From contig JBMOKY010000001.1 in the NCBI GenBank assembly GCA_049325535.1, positions 29,002 to 93,001 on the forward strand: a DNA stretch of 64,000 nt, in the 5' to 3' direction. The notes below the pieces were generated by a model, which was not told where the DNA came from, did no database searches, and worked only from the letters and a program-made list of their open reading frames with translations. The stretch comes from Patescibacteria group bacterium. GTDB taxonomy: Bacteria; Patescibacteriota; Patescibacteriia; UBA10025; JAHIVO01. Both the position numbers and the translations under genes were made by a program. This document shows positions 18,417 through 27,260 of this stretch, piece by piece (position 1 is the stretch's first letter; every line of letters starts with the position of its first letter).

Positions 18417-19274
18417 TCAATCTCGAGTGTAGCGGCGGGTGGTGGCAATGGTGGCATGCCCGAGCCGGGATTGGATGGTCTGTATGTCTTCGCCATCGAC
18501 CGCCAGTTTATGAGCATAGAGTTGACGCACGCGTTCGGGGGTAAGGTCAGGAGATAGATTGGCGGTCCGGGCGTATTTTTTTATAATACGCTCAATACTG
18601 CGCGGTGTTAATGGGGATGAGTTCTGGCGCCCGGCCTTATCATGCCGGACAAAGAGGGCCGGTGCGGCATCGGTGCGCTGATTGAGATATTGCCTGATGG
18701 CGAAGTGCGTTTGATGGGTCAGCTGGATGGTCCGAGTCGACCGACGCAATCCCCGGACAGCAATTGCTCGCCCGGTCGCCGGAATATCTACTCGTTTCAA
18801 TTCGACCAACTCGGACACTTTCATGCCCGTGGTAGCGAGCAGCTGCAGCAGTGCTGTATCCCGCAGTCGGATGATGGTGGGTGCGGCGGCGTTGGTCGCT
18901 GCGGCGAGCACACGGTTGATGATGCTCGGATGCAGCGTCCGAGATGGCAGGTGGTATGGCTCGAGGGCGACGTCATCCAGCGAGGCCGGTAACAATCCAA
19001 GTCGCGCCAGATAGGCAATGAACGCCCGGACCGCTATGAGGTGGTAGTTGATGCTGCTCGACATCATGGTGCTGCCACGGTTGGTATGGGTGCGCCTGAG
19101 CATGGCACGAAAAGTATCAATCGCCCGTTCGGTTATATCAGACGGCAGGTGGGCTCCGGTGGTCGACTGAAATCGGCTCAGGTAGAGCCGGTAATTTCGG
19201 ATGGTGCGGGGGGTGGAGCGGCTTACCATATCCTGTAAGAAAGATTCAATATAGTGCGTCAGATCGGTGGGCAT
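18417..19274 (-). CDS. XerC/D-like tyrosine recombinase with substituted catalytic residues
   Basis: SAM-like N-domain (TIRNY), RDTALL.LL.TTGMKVSEL, TPERVRQ, LGHATIATTRRYT. Confidence 0.88.
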   Translation of the reverse strand: MPTDLTHYIESFLQDMVSRSTPRTIRNYRLYLSRFQSTTGAHLPSDITERAIDTFRAMLRRTHTNRGSTMMSSSINYHLIAVRAFIAYLARLGLLPASLDDVALEPYHLPSRTLHPSIINRVLAAATNAAAPTIIRLRDTALLQLLATTGMKVSELVELKRVDIPATGRAIAVRGLRRSTRTIQLTHQTHFAIRQYLNQRTDAAPALFVRHDKAGRQNSSPLTPRSIERIIKKYARTANLSPDLTPERVRQLYAHKLAVDGEDIQTIQSRLGHATIATTRRYTRD

Positions 19275-19334
19275 AGCTATTTCATTTTACGACGCCATCC
19301 CCATCCAGTCAAAATATGGCCTGGGCGACCGAGA

Positions 19335-19363
19335 TTGACATCGTGGCAGGTCAGTCGTATAGT
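19335..19363 (+). promoter_or_regulatory. Sigma70 promoter
   Basis: TTGACA-N17-TATAGT. Confidence 0.7.
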
Positions 19364-19417
19364 CAGTATTCAGAAAATGTAAATATAGAACATCGACAAT
19401 AAACATTGGAGGAATTC

Positions 19418-20671
19418 GTGAAGATCGATCCGAGTAAACGAATCGGCGGCGGGTACCGACGTGCCATCCAGATTTCTATCGAGGGCACAGCGCGTACGGT
19501 GGCTGCGCGTGGCGGACTCTTTCGGGGTGACCTGTATGTCATTCTGGAGGGCGTCCGGCAGCACATGGTCGCCATCCCCAACTGGGACAATATGGTCGCG
19601 CGCGCAGCGCTGGCATCTGGTGCCTATCGGCCGGATTATTATGACCCGAGCTGGTTGATGTACCAGGTATATACCAGCGTGTATGAAGCGCTTCGCTACA
19701 CATATTATGTGCTCGATCGGCAGTATGGCATTTCTTTCCATCACGGTGAAAAGGGTCGCTTGTCCGCTGCCCGTGAGGAACTGCTGGCGATCAATGAAAT
19801 TGCCGCTGGCCTCCGTCGTGGCAATGCGCAGGAGTTGGCTCCGGTTTTTTTCGAAAAAGCGCGGGCAATATTGGAGCAGATTGAAGAACACCCTCGTGAT
19901 CAACATAAGCGGGCCGCGCGGCGCATGAGCGTACCGCTGATGACCGTGTTTGACCGGACCGGCCGGGCAAATAGCACCGTCAAGATGGTGCAGGCGCTGG
20001 CCGCGCATGGCCAGCTGCGTCGCCGACAGGTGGCCATCAGCTGCATCGAGCCGGTGATTATCGCCCGACGGCAGACGCTCAAGTCGTTGATTGAGGAGAT
20101 GGAGCTCTTCTGGGAGGGTTTGTACGATTACCTCAATCGCTTGTTTGATCGACCGTATTGGGTTCGCGGTCAGTCGCGGTGCATGCAGCTGCTGATTGAT
20201 GCCATGGCTCGTCCATCGATGGTGCAGCATCTGACGATGTTTCACCAGGAGATCGGGCGGTACGATATCGCGCCATTTACCCAGACATCCTACCATGTCT
20301 ACCCCGAGCTGGGGCAGGTGCTGGAGCATATCCGGCGCGAGGAGTATGGCGCGGCGCGGAAGATTCTCGAGCGAATGTGGAATTCACTCAAGCTGCGGCA
20401 TATCCGCGCCGAACTGGAAGCAGCATTGTTGCCGTTTACGTGCTCACTGTATGGTGATCTGGTGGATCGCGCAGCCTATGATGCCATGATCTATAGCACC
20501 AAGCAGGCGCGGACCGCGCTGGCTCGAGTGGATGAATCGGGATTTGTCCACCCGGTGTCTCGGCACGCCATCGCGCAGTTGTCAGCCGCTCTCGAACTGT
20601 TGATACAGAAAACTATTACCAGCGGCCGTCAGGCCAAGGAACATATCAAAACAGCGCTCGGCGTGCTGTAA
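19418..20671 (+). CDS. Hypothetical alpha-helical protein
   Basis: Long ORF; GGAGG RBS before GTG 19418. Confidence 0.75.
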   Translation: MKIDPSKRIGGGYRRAIQISIEGTARTVAARGGLFRGDLYVILEGVRQHMVAIPNWDNMVARAALASGAYRPDYYDPSWLMYQVYTSVYEALRYTYYVLDRQYGISFHHGEKGRLSAAREELLAINEIAAGLRRGNAQELAPVFFEKARAILEQIEEHPRDQHKRAARRMSVPLMTVFDRTGRANSTVKMVQALAAHGQLRRRQVAISCIEPVIIARRQTLKSLIEEMELFWEGLYDYLNRLFDRPYWVRGQSRCMQLLIDAMARPSMVQHLTMFHQEIGRYDIAPFTQTSYHVYPELGQVLEHIRREEYGAARKILERMWNSLKLRHIRAELEAALLPFTCSLYGDLVDRAAYDAMIYSTKQARTALARVDESGFVHPVSRHAIAQLSAALELLIQKTITSGRQAKEHIKTALGVL

Positions 20672-20685
20672 GAAAGGAGCAGTGC

Positions 20686-20934
20686 GTGGATACGAAGTTA
20701 CTGGAAGGCAAGATCGTTACCATCCCCTATATGGAGGAATGGAAACCGGGATTCTACATCGATGATGCATGTTCATGTGCGGTGAGGCTGGTCGCCCTCA
20801 TGCCGGACGGCGTAATCGTGGATATCGGTCCCGTATCGCTCGTTGATTTCGAAGCGCATTATGCCATCCTCAGGCAGGATCGTCGGCGGATCGAGATGGA
20901 TGCTTTTGCGCAGTATCAGATCGTCGGTCGGTAA
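20686..20934 (+). CDS. Small hypothetical protein
   Basis: AAGGAG RBS; followed by terminator ~20961-20992. Confidence 0.55.
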   Translation: MDTKLLEGKIVTIPYMEEWKPGFYIDDACSCAVRLVALMPDGVIVDIGPVSLVDFEAHYAILRQDRRRIEMDAFAQYQIVGR

Positions 20935-21117
20935 TCCGCACATCGTTCAATCGGTACTGACACGGCAGCCTTCAGGGGCGCCGTGTTTTTTTATTTCATC
21001 CCTTGACAATATCCCCCGGTTTCCTATACTAGTGGGTACTTATACGTGATGACGAATGCTGGGTTTTTGGGGAAGGTTAGCCCCATATACTCGGATTCGC
21101 CAGAAAGGAACAAACAC

Positions 21118-21390
21118 ATGCTAACCAAGAAAGAAAAGGATAAGATAATTGAGAAGTACAAAATCCACGAGAAAGATACCGGGTCTGCTGAAGTGCAGAT
21201 CGCTATTTTGAGTGAGGAGATCAAGCGATTAACCGGTCATCTCAAGGATCACAAGAAAGATTTTTCCTCGAGACGCGGGTTGCTCCGGAAAGTTGGTCAG
21301 CGCCGCCGACTATTGCGGTATTTGGAAAAAGACAATCAGAAGAGCTACGACGATTTGACCGATAAGCTGAAATTAAAGAAGAAGTCATGA
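21118..21390 (+). CDS. rpsO: 30S ribosomal protein S15
   Basis: [12 protein letters not shown]...[23 protein letters not shown]. Confidence 0.98.
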   Translation: MLTKKEKDKIIEKYKIHEKDTGSAEVQIAILSEEIKRLTGHLKDHKKDFSSRRGLLRKVGQRRRLLRYLEKDNQKSYDDLTDKLKLKKKS

Positions 21391-21905
21391 AATTGAAAGA
21401 TCAACGCGTCGGCGTATTCGTCGATGTCCAGAACCTCTACTATTCCGCCAAGAATCTGTATGGCGCAAAAGTTAATTTTGGCGAGGTGCTCAAAACCGCA
21501 GTTGCGGACCGACTGCTCATTCGGGCTATCGCCTACGTCATCAAGGCTGATAATGTTGATGAGCAGAAATTTTTCGAAGCGTTGGATAATCAGGGTTTCG
21601 AGGTGAAGATGAAGGATTTGCAGATATTCTACGGCGGTAATAAAAAGGGAGATTGGGATGTGGGCGTGGCTATTGATGCCGTCCGCCTCTCAAATAAACT
21701 GGATGTGGTGGTGTTGGTTACCGGCGATGGCGATTTTGTCCCACTGATCAATTATCTGAAGAATCTTGGTGTGTATGTTGAGGTGATTGCGTTTAGTGAA
21801 TCAACGTCCAGCAGCATCAAGACCCTCGCTGATGATTTTATCGATTTGAGTGCGGACAAGAAGAAATACCTTATCGCCAACCGCCGTCGGTTCATCGGAC
21901 GGTAG
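21387..21905 (+). CDS. NYN-domain (LabA/DUF88, PIN-like) protein
   Basis: [35 protein letters not shown]. Confidence 0.93.
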   Translation: MKLKDQRVGVFVDVQNLYYSAKNLYGAKVNFGEVLKTAVADRLLIRAIAYVIKADNVDEQKFFEALDNQGFEVKMKDLQIFYGGNKKGDWDVGVAIDAVRLSNKLDVVVLVTGDGDFVPLINYLKNLGVYVEVIAFSESTSSSIKTLADDFIDLSADKKKYLIANRRRFIGR

Positions 21906-22066
21906 TTATTTAATAATAGTAGATTTTTAATACATTGGCAGCGGTGGCTGCCGTAGCCGCGTTTCGTAGGCTTATTCATCGCAGTACACCGTCACGGGTA
22001 CTGAGGAGAACAAGTTTATGAGCCGGCCTGGTGCCACTTCCTGCCGTAAGTGAAAGGAACACCTCT

Positions 22067-24346
22067 ATGGCTCACATGCCACAACGGTTTACCACCGAGG
22101 TAGCCGGAAAAGAAATGATTTTTGAGTTCGGCAAGCTGGCCGGGCAGACGAATGGATCCTGTACCGTTCAGTATGGCGGCACAGTAGTTTTAGCTACTGC
22201 GGTTTTGAGTGATACCATCCGTGATGGCATCGACTATTTTCCGCTGATGGTTGACTATGAAGAGCGTCTCTATGCCGCAGGTAAGATCAAGGGCTCACGT
22301 TTTATCAAACGTGAAGGTCGTCCGACGGATGAGGCGGTATTGACCGCGCGCATGGTTGATCGATCGGTACGCCCGCTGTTTGACGAATCAATGCGTAACG
22401 ACATACAAGTCGTCATTACCGTACTGTCAGTCGACCAGGAAAATGATCCGGATATTGTTTCATTGATTGCCGCGTCAGCCGCTCTGTCCGTTTCCGATAT
22501 ACCCTGGAATGGTCCGGTAGCAGGGTTTCGCGTCGGTCGGGTCGGTGGTGAATGGGTGCTCAACCCTACCTATGACGCTCGTGACAAAAGCGATTTAGAT
22601 TTGGTCGTGGTCGGAACGGGCACGAAAATCGTAATGATTGAAGCGGGAGCGCATCAGGTACCTGAGGATGTGATGCAGCAAGCAATGGAATTTTGCTATC
22701 AGCATACCAAAAAAGTTGCTGATTTCATCGCGGACATGGCCAAACAGGTGGGTCGTCCGAAGATTGCCGTACCCGCCGAAGCGCTCGCTGATGAGGAAGC
22801 GGCGGCGTGGAAAAAGGTTGAAGAAAAAACAAATGCGTTTCTCGCTGATCGTTTGCCAGCCGTGTTTGCTATCAAAGGCAAAAAAGAACACAAGGCAGCC
22901 GTTGCCGCTATCAAAGATGACCTAGACGCCATGCTCAAGGCGGACAATGAAGTGAGCAAAGAGGCGCGCGCGAAAGCCCTCGGGTTGATTGATCAGGCAT
23001 ATTATCATGCTGCGCGTCGTCTGGTGCTGGATACTGATACTCGCGTAGACGGTCGCAAAACCGATGAATTACGGGAGATTTGGTGTGAGGCTGGTATACT
23101 TCCCCGTACACATGGTTCCGGCCTCTTCAATCGCGGTGAAACACAGGTACTGTCGATTGTGACGCTCGGTTCTCCTGGTGATGAGCAGGTTTTGGATACC
23201 ATGGAAGAAAGCGGGAAAAAACGCTATATGCATCATTACAATTTTCCGGGGTTCTCCGTCGGTGAAGCAAAACCAGTTCGCTCTCCGGGACGCCGTGAAA
23301 TCGGCCATGGAGCACTCGCCGAAAAAGCGCTTGAGCCGGTACTGCCACCGAAAGAAACGTTCCCCTACACCATCCGCGTCGTATCTGAGGTTTTGTCATC
23401 AAACGGATCGTCATCACAGGCGTCAGCCTGTGGTTCGACATTGGCGCTGATGGACGCAGGCGTGCCGATTTCCGATCCGGTTGCTGGCGTTGCTATTGGA
23501 TTGATTACGGATACGGATAATCCGTCACGCTATAAGATTCTAACTGATATTCAGGGTGTGGAAGACCATGATGGTGACATGGATTTCAAAGTAGCGGGTA
23601 CCGCCAAAGGAATTACTGCTATTCAGCTCGACGTCAAAGTAGACGGCATTGATTTTGGCATCATCGGGGATACATTGGCGGCGGCTCAGCGAGCGCGGAT
23701 GCAGATATTGGAGCGAATGACCGCGGTCATTGCCCAGCCGCGGGCCGACCTCTCCCCCTACGCTCCGCGTATTACGTCGATCAAGATTGACCCGGAGAAA
23801 ATTCGTGATGTCATCGGTAAGGGTGGAGAAACGATCAATAAGATCATCGAAGAGTGTGGGGGTGAAGATGTGATGAAGATAGATATCGAGGATGACGGTC
23901 TGGTGATGGTCACCTCAACCAATGGTGCCATGGCAGAAAAGGCCATGACCTGGATCAAAAATCTCACCCATGAGATTACTGTCGGGGAAATCTATGAAGG
24001 TACCGTGACGCGTATCGTCGCCGATCGTAACACGGGCAGTGAAATTGGAGCCATCGTCGAACTGTTGCCCGGCCAAGACGGGATGGTCCATATTTCCCAG
24101 TTCCGCCATGAGCGCATCAATCGCGTATCAGATGTGGTGAAAGAAGGCGACCATCTGAAAGTGAAGGTCATGGGGATCGACAAAGAAAAAGGCCGCATCG
24201 AATTGTCGCATAAAGTATTCCTTGAGGGTACTGCGGGTACCCCGTCGCCATCTCAGGATCGCGGACACGGGCATCCCGGAGGTGGCCGGGGAGATTCTCA
24301 TAACCGTAGCCGGTTTAATCGTCGACGACCCATCAATGATTATTAG
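22067..24346 (+). CDS. pnp: Polyribonucleotide nucleotidyltransferase (PNPase)
   Basis: RNase PH domains (RTHGSGLF.RGETQ, RREIGHG, DGDMDFKVAG), KH and S1 domains. Confidence 0.98.
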   Translation: MAHMPQRFTTEVAGKEMIFEFGKLAGQTNGSCTVQYGGTVVLATAVLSDTIRDGIDYFPLMVDYEERLYAAGKIKGSRFIKREGRPTDEAVLTARMVDRSVRPLFDESMRNDIQVVITVLSVDQENDPDIVSLIAASAALSVSDIPWNGPVAGFRVGRVGGEWVLNPTYDARDKSDLDLVVVGTGTKIVMIEAGAHQVPEDVMQQAMEFCYQHTKKVADFIADMAKQVGRPKIAVPAEALADEEAAAWKKVEEKTNAFLADRLPAVFAIKGKKEHKAAVAAIKDDLDAMLKADNEVSKEARAKALGLIDQAYYHAARRLVLDTDTRVDGRKTDELREIWCEAGILPRTHGSGLFNRGETQVLSIVTLGSPGDEQVLDTMEESGKKRYMHHYNFPGFSVGEAKPVRSPGRREIGHGALAEKALEPVLPPKETFPYTIRVVSEVLSSNGSSSQASACGSTLALMDAGVPISDPVAGVAIGLITDTDNPSRYKILTDIQGVEDHDGDMDFKVAGTAKGITAIQLDVKVDGIDFGIIGDTLAAAQRARMQILERMTAVIAQPRADLSPYAPRITSIKIDPEKIRDVIGKGGETINKIIEECGGEDVMKIDIEDDGLVMVTSTNGAMAEKAMTWIKNLTHEITVGEIYEGTVTRIVADRNTGSEIGAIVELLPGQDGMVHISQFRHERINRVSDVVKEGDHLKVKVMGIDKEKGRIELSHKVFLEGTAGTPSPSQDRGHGHPGGGRGDSHNRSRFNRRRPINDY

Positions 24347-24911
24347 TCTGAGCGGCAAACCAGGGTCCGGTAAGAGTACCATCGCCACCCGATTGGCGGC
24401 AGAGCTCGGTTTTGAACGTATTTACATCGGTGGCATGCGTCGTGCCATGGCGCGGACAAAAGGCATGACACTGCAGGAGTTCAATGCCTGGAGCGAAACG
24501 CATCCGGAGGGCGACAAGGAATTTGACGCATATATCACATCCGTCGCCTCCGGCAAAGATAATATCATCATCGAAAGCCGTACGGCTTTTCATTTCTTGC
24601 CACAGTCATTGAAAATATTCCTCGATGTCAGTGTCGAGGAAGGCGCGCGGCGGATTTGGGAGGCGCTCCAATCCGGCGCAAAGTCAGATCGAAATGAAGC
24701 GCCTGCCGTGGAACGGTATGAGGACGTGCTGGCATCGGTACGCGACCGGTTGCGCAGTGACGCGCTGCGTTATCGGAAGTATTATCAGATCGATATTTTT
24801 GATCCTGCGCAGTATGATCTGTTTCTGGATACCACCCAGCTCACCCCAGAACAGGAATACAGGCACGTGTATACGTTTGTGCGAGAAAAGCTCATGCATT
24901 TGGCTGGGTAA
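24336..24911 (+). CDS. cmk: Cytidylate kinase (archaeal-type / Cmk2-like)
   Basis: IISLSGKPGSGKSTIA, G.M.R.MA...GM.L.EF, ESR, RY.KYY.ID..D...YDL..DT. Confidence 0.85.
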   Translation: MIISLSGKPGSGKSTIATRLAAELGFERIYIGGMRRAMARTKGMTLQEFNAWSETHPEGDKEFDAYITSVASGKDNIIIESRTAFHFLPQSLKIFLDVSVEEGARRIWEALQSGAKSDRNEAPAVERYEDVLASVRDRLRSDALRYRKYYQIDIFDPAQYDLFLDTTQLTPEQEYRHVYTFVREKLMHLAG

Positions 24912-24937
24912 TGTCCAGTCAAGCTGAGTCAAAATGG

Positions 24938-25066
24938 TGTGGATAAAAAATTACGGAATAATCGTAATTTTTTATTTTTATTTAATGTTAGCCAAAATGA
25001 ACTATTGACAATGGGATGCGTATATGATATACTGGTTTCATACTGAAACTTGATAATTTATCCACA
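24938..25066. promoter_or_regulatory. Two perfect DnaA boxes (24938-24946, 25058-25066) flanking a sigma70 promoter (25005-25033)
   Basis: TGTGGATAA and TTATCCACA; TTGACA-N17-TATACT between them; AT-rich spacer. Confidence 0.7.
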
Positions 25067-25418
25067 GGATAAAAACAAGGTAGTGGAAGCGGTATAGCCG
25101 AAATACTCGGATATATGCTTTCTCTACTTTTGGAGCGGTGCAGTTGGACATCGCGAATAAAAATCAAACAAAACAAAAAGGTACCTCTGTACGAAAAAAC
25201 AAAAAATGTAGAGAGGAAACCACAAGAAGGTAGAGAAATGCGCTTTTTGACATCCAACACAAAAGGCAAATAACGAGTACGCCATCTATGGCGCTTACTG
25301 CTCATATGTGTACCGGACGCGATCCGGTATAGATACGAGCGGTAAGCTCGCCTGGGCGCACCCGTCCAGGAGGTGTCGCATATAAAACAATATATTTTGG
25401 TGCGTTACACCTCCTTTT
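25040..25418 (+). ncRNA. Candidate ~380-nt structured non-coding RNA
   Basis: Near-consensus promoter, no plausible + strand ORF, many hairpins with A-rich linkers, terminal hairpin plus TTTT. Confidence 0.55.
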
Positions 25419-25562
25419 CAATTTCTAAAAAAATCATATCTGAAATTCGCCGGCATTTTTTGGCACCAGTGGCGCGCCATAGTCGATAGTATAGAGCGAC
25501 GTTCGGCGCATTTTTTATTTTTAGTTACTTTTTATTGACGGGGATATATACTGAAAGTAACT

Positions 25563-26189
25563 ATGCAGCATCCAAACAGTAAACGGGAAAACGCATTGTA
25601 CCGTGCTGGGCATACATACGTAGCCGGTGCGGACGAAGCAGGGCGCGGGGCGTGGGCAGGGCCAATCGTCGCGGCAGCGGTTGTGCTGCCACCACGCGTG
25701 CGGATACCCGGTATCCGTGATTCAAAACAGTTGTCTCCGGCCATGCGCGAGCGACTCTCCGCGCGCATTATTGAGATTGCCGTTGCGTATCAGATCTGTG
25801 CCATCGCTCCGGTGGAGATTGACCGTGTCGGCATCGGTGAAGCAAATCGTGCAGCACTTCGCCACGCACTAACCACTATGGGGGTGGCGCCGACTTTTGC
25901 ATTAGTCGATGCTTTATCGATCGGGCGGATGCCATTTGGGACCGATGCCATTATCCGGGGTGATGCGCAGGTGGTCAGTATAGCCGCAGCTTCTATTGTA
26001 GCCAAAGTATCACGCGACCGTATGATGCGCTCACTTCATCAGCGGTATCCAAACTATGGATTTGTCCGACATAAGGGATATGGCACATTACAGCACCGGA
26101 TGGCGCTGCAACGGCATGGTATTTCCGCGGTGCACCGTCGATCGTTTGCTCCGATGGCGCAGATGCTCACCGGTTCTGGAGCGATGTGA
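25563..26189 (+). CDS. rnhB: Ribonuclease HII
   Basis: AGADEAGRGAWAGP, DSKQL, DA, GD....SIAAASIVAKVSRD, HKGYGT. Confidence 0.97.
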   Translation: MQHPNSKRENALYRAGHTYVAGADEAGRGAWAGPIVAAAVVLPPRVRIPGIRDSKQLSPAMRERLSARIIEIAVAYQICAIAPVEIDRVGIGEANRAALRHALTTMGVAPTFALVDALSIGRMPFGTDAIIRGDAQVVSIAAASIVAKVSRDRMMRSLHQRYPNYGFVRHKGYGTLQHRMALQRHGISAVHRRSFAPMAQMLTGSGAM

Positions 26190-26201
26190 TATACTGTAGC
26201 T

Positions 26202-26759
26202 ATGCAGGAAACCCATATTTCAGGATCTACATTTCTTCACCCGGAAAATATATTGGCCAAGGCGGGATTAACCGCCGGTCGGGTAGTGGCCGATTTGGGC
26301 TGCGGTGGCGGGTATTTTGCGTTGGCAGCATCGCGCATCGTCGGAGACACCGGCAGGGTATATGCCGTCGATATCCTAAAGGATGCCCTGTCCTCAGTTG
26401 CCGGCAAAGCTAAACTCTACGGTTTGAGCAATATCACCACAGTGTGGTCTGATGCCGAACAGGTAGGCGCTGCCCGGGTGATCGCCGACCGATCCGTCGA
26501 CTATGTGCTGCTGGTACAGATTTTGTCTCAGGTAAAGCATATGGACAATATATTCAAGGAGGCGCTTCGGATTTGTAAACCCCAGGCGACGGTCGTGGTT
26601 GTCGACTGGCGCGCTAATAATTTTCATTTTGGCCCGCCAACAGAAAAACGTCTCAAGCCCGAATTAATCATCACCGAGGCCTCCCAGCATCAATTAGCAT
26701 TCCACCGTGAGATAGAAGCCGGCCCGTATCATTTTGGATTGGTATTTGAGCGGGTGTAG
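26202..26759 (+). CDS. Class I SAM-dependent methyltransferase
   Basis: VADLGCGGG.F, VYAVDI motif. Confidence 0.9.
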   Translation: MQETHISGSTFLHPENILAKAGLTAGRVVADLGCGGGYFALAASRIVGDTGRVYAVDILKDALSSVAGKAKLYGLSNITTVWSDAEQVGAARVIADRSVDYVLLVQILSQVKHMDNIFKEALRICKPQATVVVVDWRANNFHFGPPTEKRLKPELIITEASQHQLAFHREIEAGPYHFGLVFERV

Positions 26760-26817
26760 TGCCGGTAGTGACCGGTACCCATGAACCTTCCCTAGCAGAT
26801 TATTCTATGGGGCAGGT

Positions 26818-27171
26818 ATGACGTTACAAAAAAATATAGGGAACGAAGGTGAGCGGATGGCGGCCGAATTCCTCCACGCGCGGGGCTATGTGATCCGGGA
26901 GCGTCAGTGGACGTGCCGTTTTGGGGAAATAGACCTCATCGCTTACCAGCATACCACGGGCACGCTGGTTTTTATTGAAGTCAAACGACGTCGTGGGTTG
27001 ATGTCCGCGGCATTTATTGAGTGCGTCGACTGGCGGAAACAACAACGGTTGGTCAGTGCTATTACCTGCTATCTTCAGCAGCATGGCTATGACGGGCCGA
27101 TTCGTTGTGATGTCGTGCTGATAGATCGCACTGGCCGGATAACACATATATGCGACGTCGATCTCGGATGA
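26818..27171 (+). CDS. yraN: YraN family (UPF0102) endonuclease-fold protein
   Basis: GNEGE..AA.FL...GY, GEIDLIA, LVFIEVK.R, RCDV. Confidence 0.92.
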   Translation: MTLQKNIGNEGERMAAEFLHARGYVIRERQWTCRFGEIDLIAYQHTTGTLVFIEVKRRRGLMSAAFIECVDWRKQQRLVSAITCYLQQHGYDGPIRCDVVLIDRTGRITHICDVDLG

Positions 27172-27260
27172 CCCTTGCAATTTTTTTACAGTATCGTATA
27201 CTGCAGTATATGAGACTAGTTATGTATATAACTGGTCTTTTTTAGCAGTAATATAAATAT

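Noticed and set aside
13580-19274. Integrated element between tRNA-Lys, tRNA-Arg and the recombinase gene
   Set aside because: No att direct repeat was found, the recombinase lies 5' of the tRNA and is degenerate, and there are no phage or conjugation genes.
19370-20329. 319-aa antisense ORF (likewise 10230-10970, 46938-47792, 61319-62011, 35324-35938)
   Set aside because: Shadows of better-supported genes on the opposite strand.
24988-25305. 105-aa minus-strand ORF
   Set aside because: Its Phe/Leu-rich composition mirrors the + strand poly-A linkers, and the promoter and terminator point to a + strand transcript.
25266-25385. tmRNA-like tag start (GCAAATAACGAGTACGCC...)
   Set aside because: No tRNA-like acceptor/T-arm or CCA end, and the frame does not end in an AA-stop-type tag.
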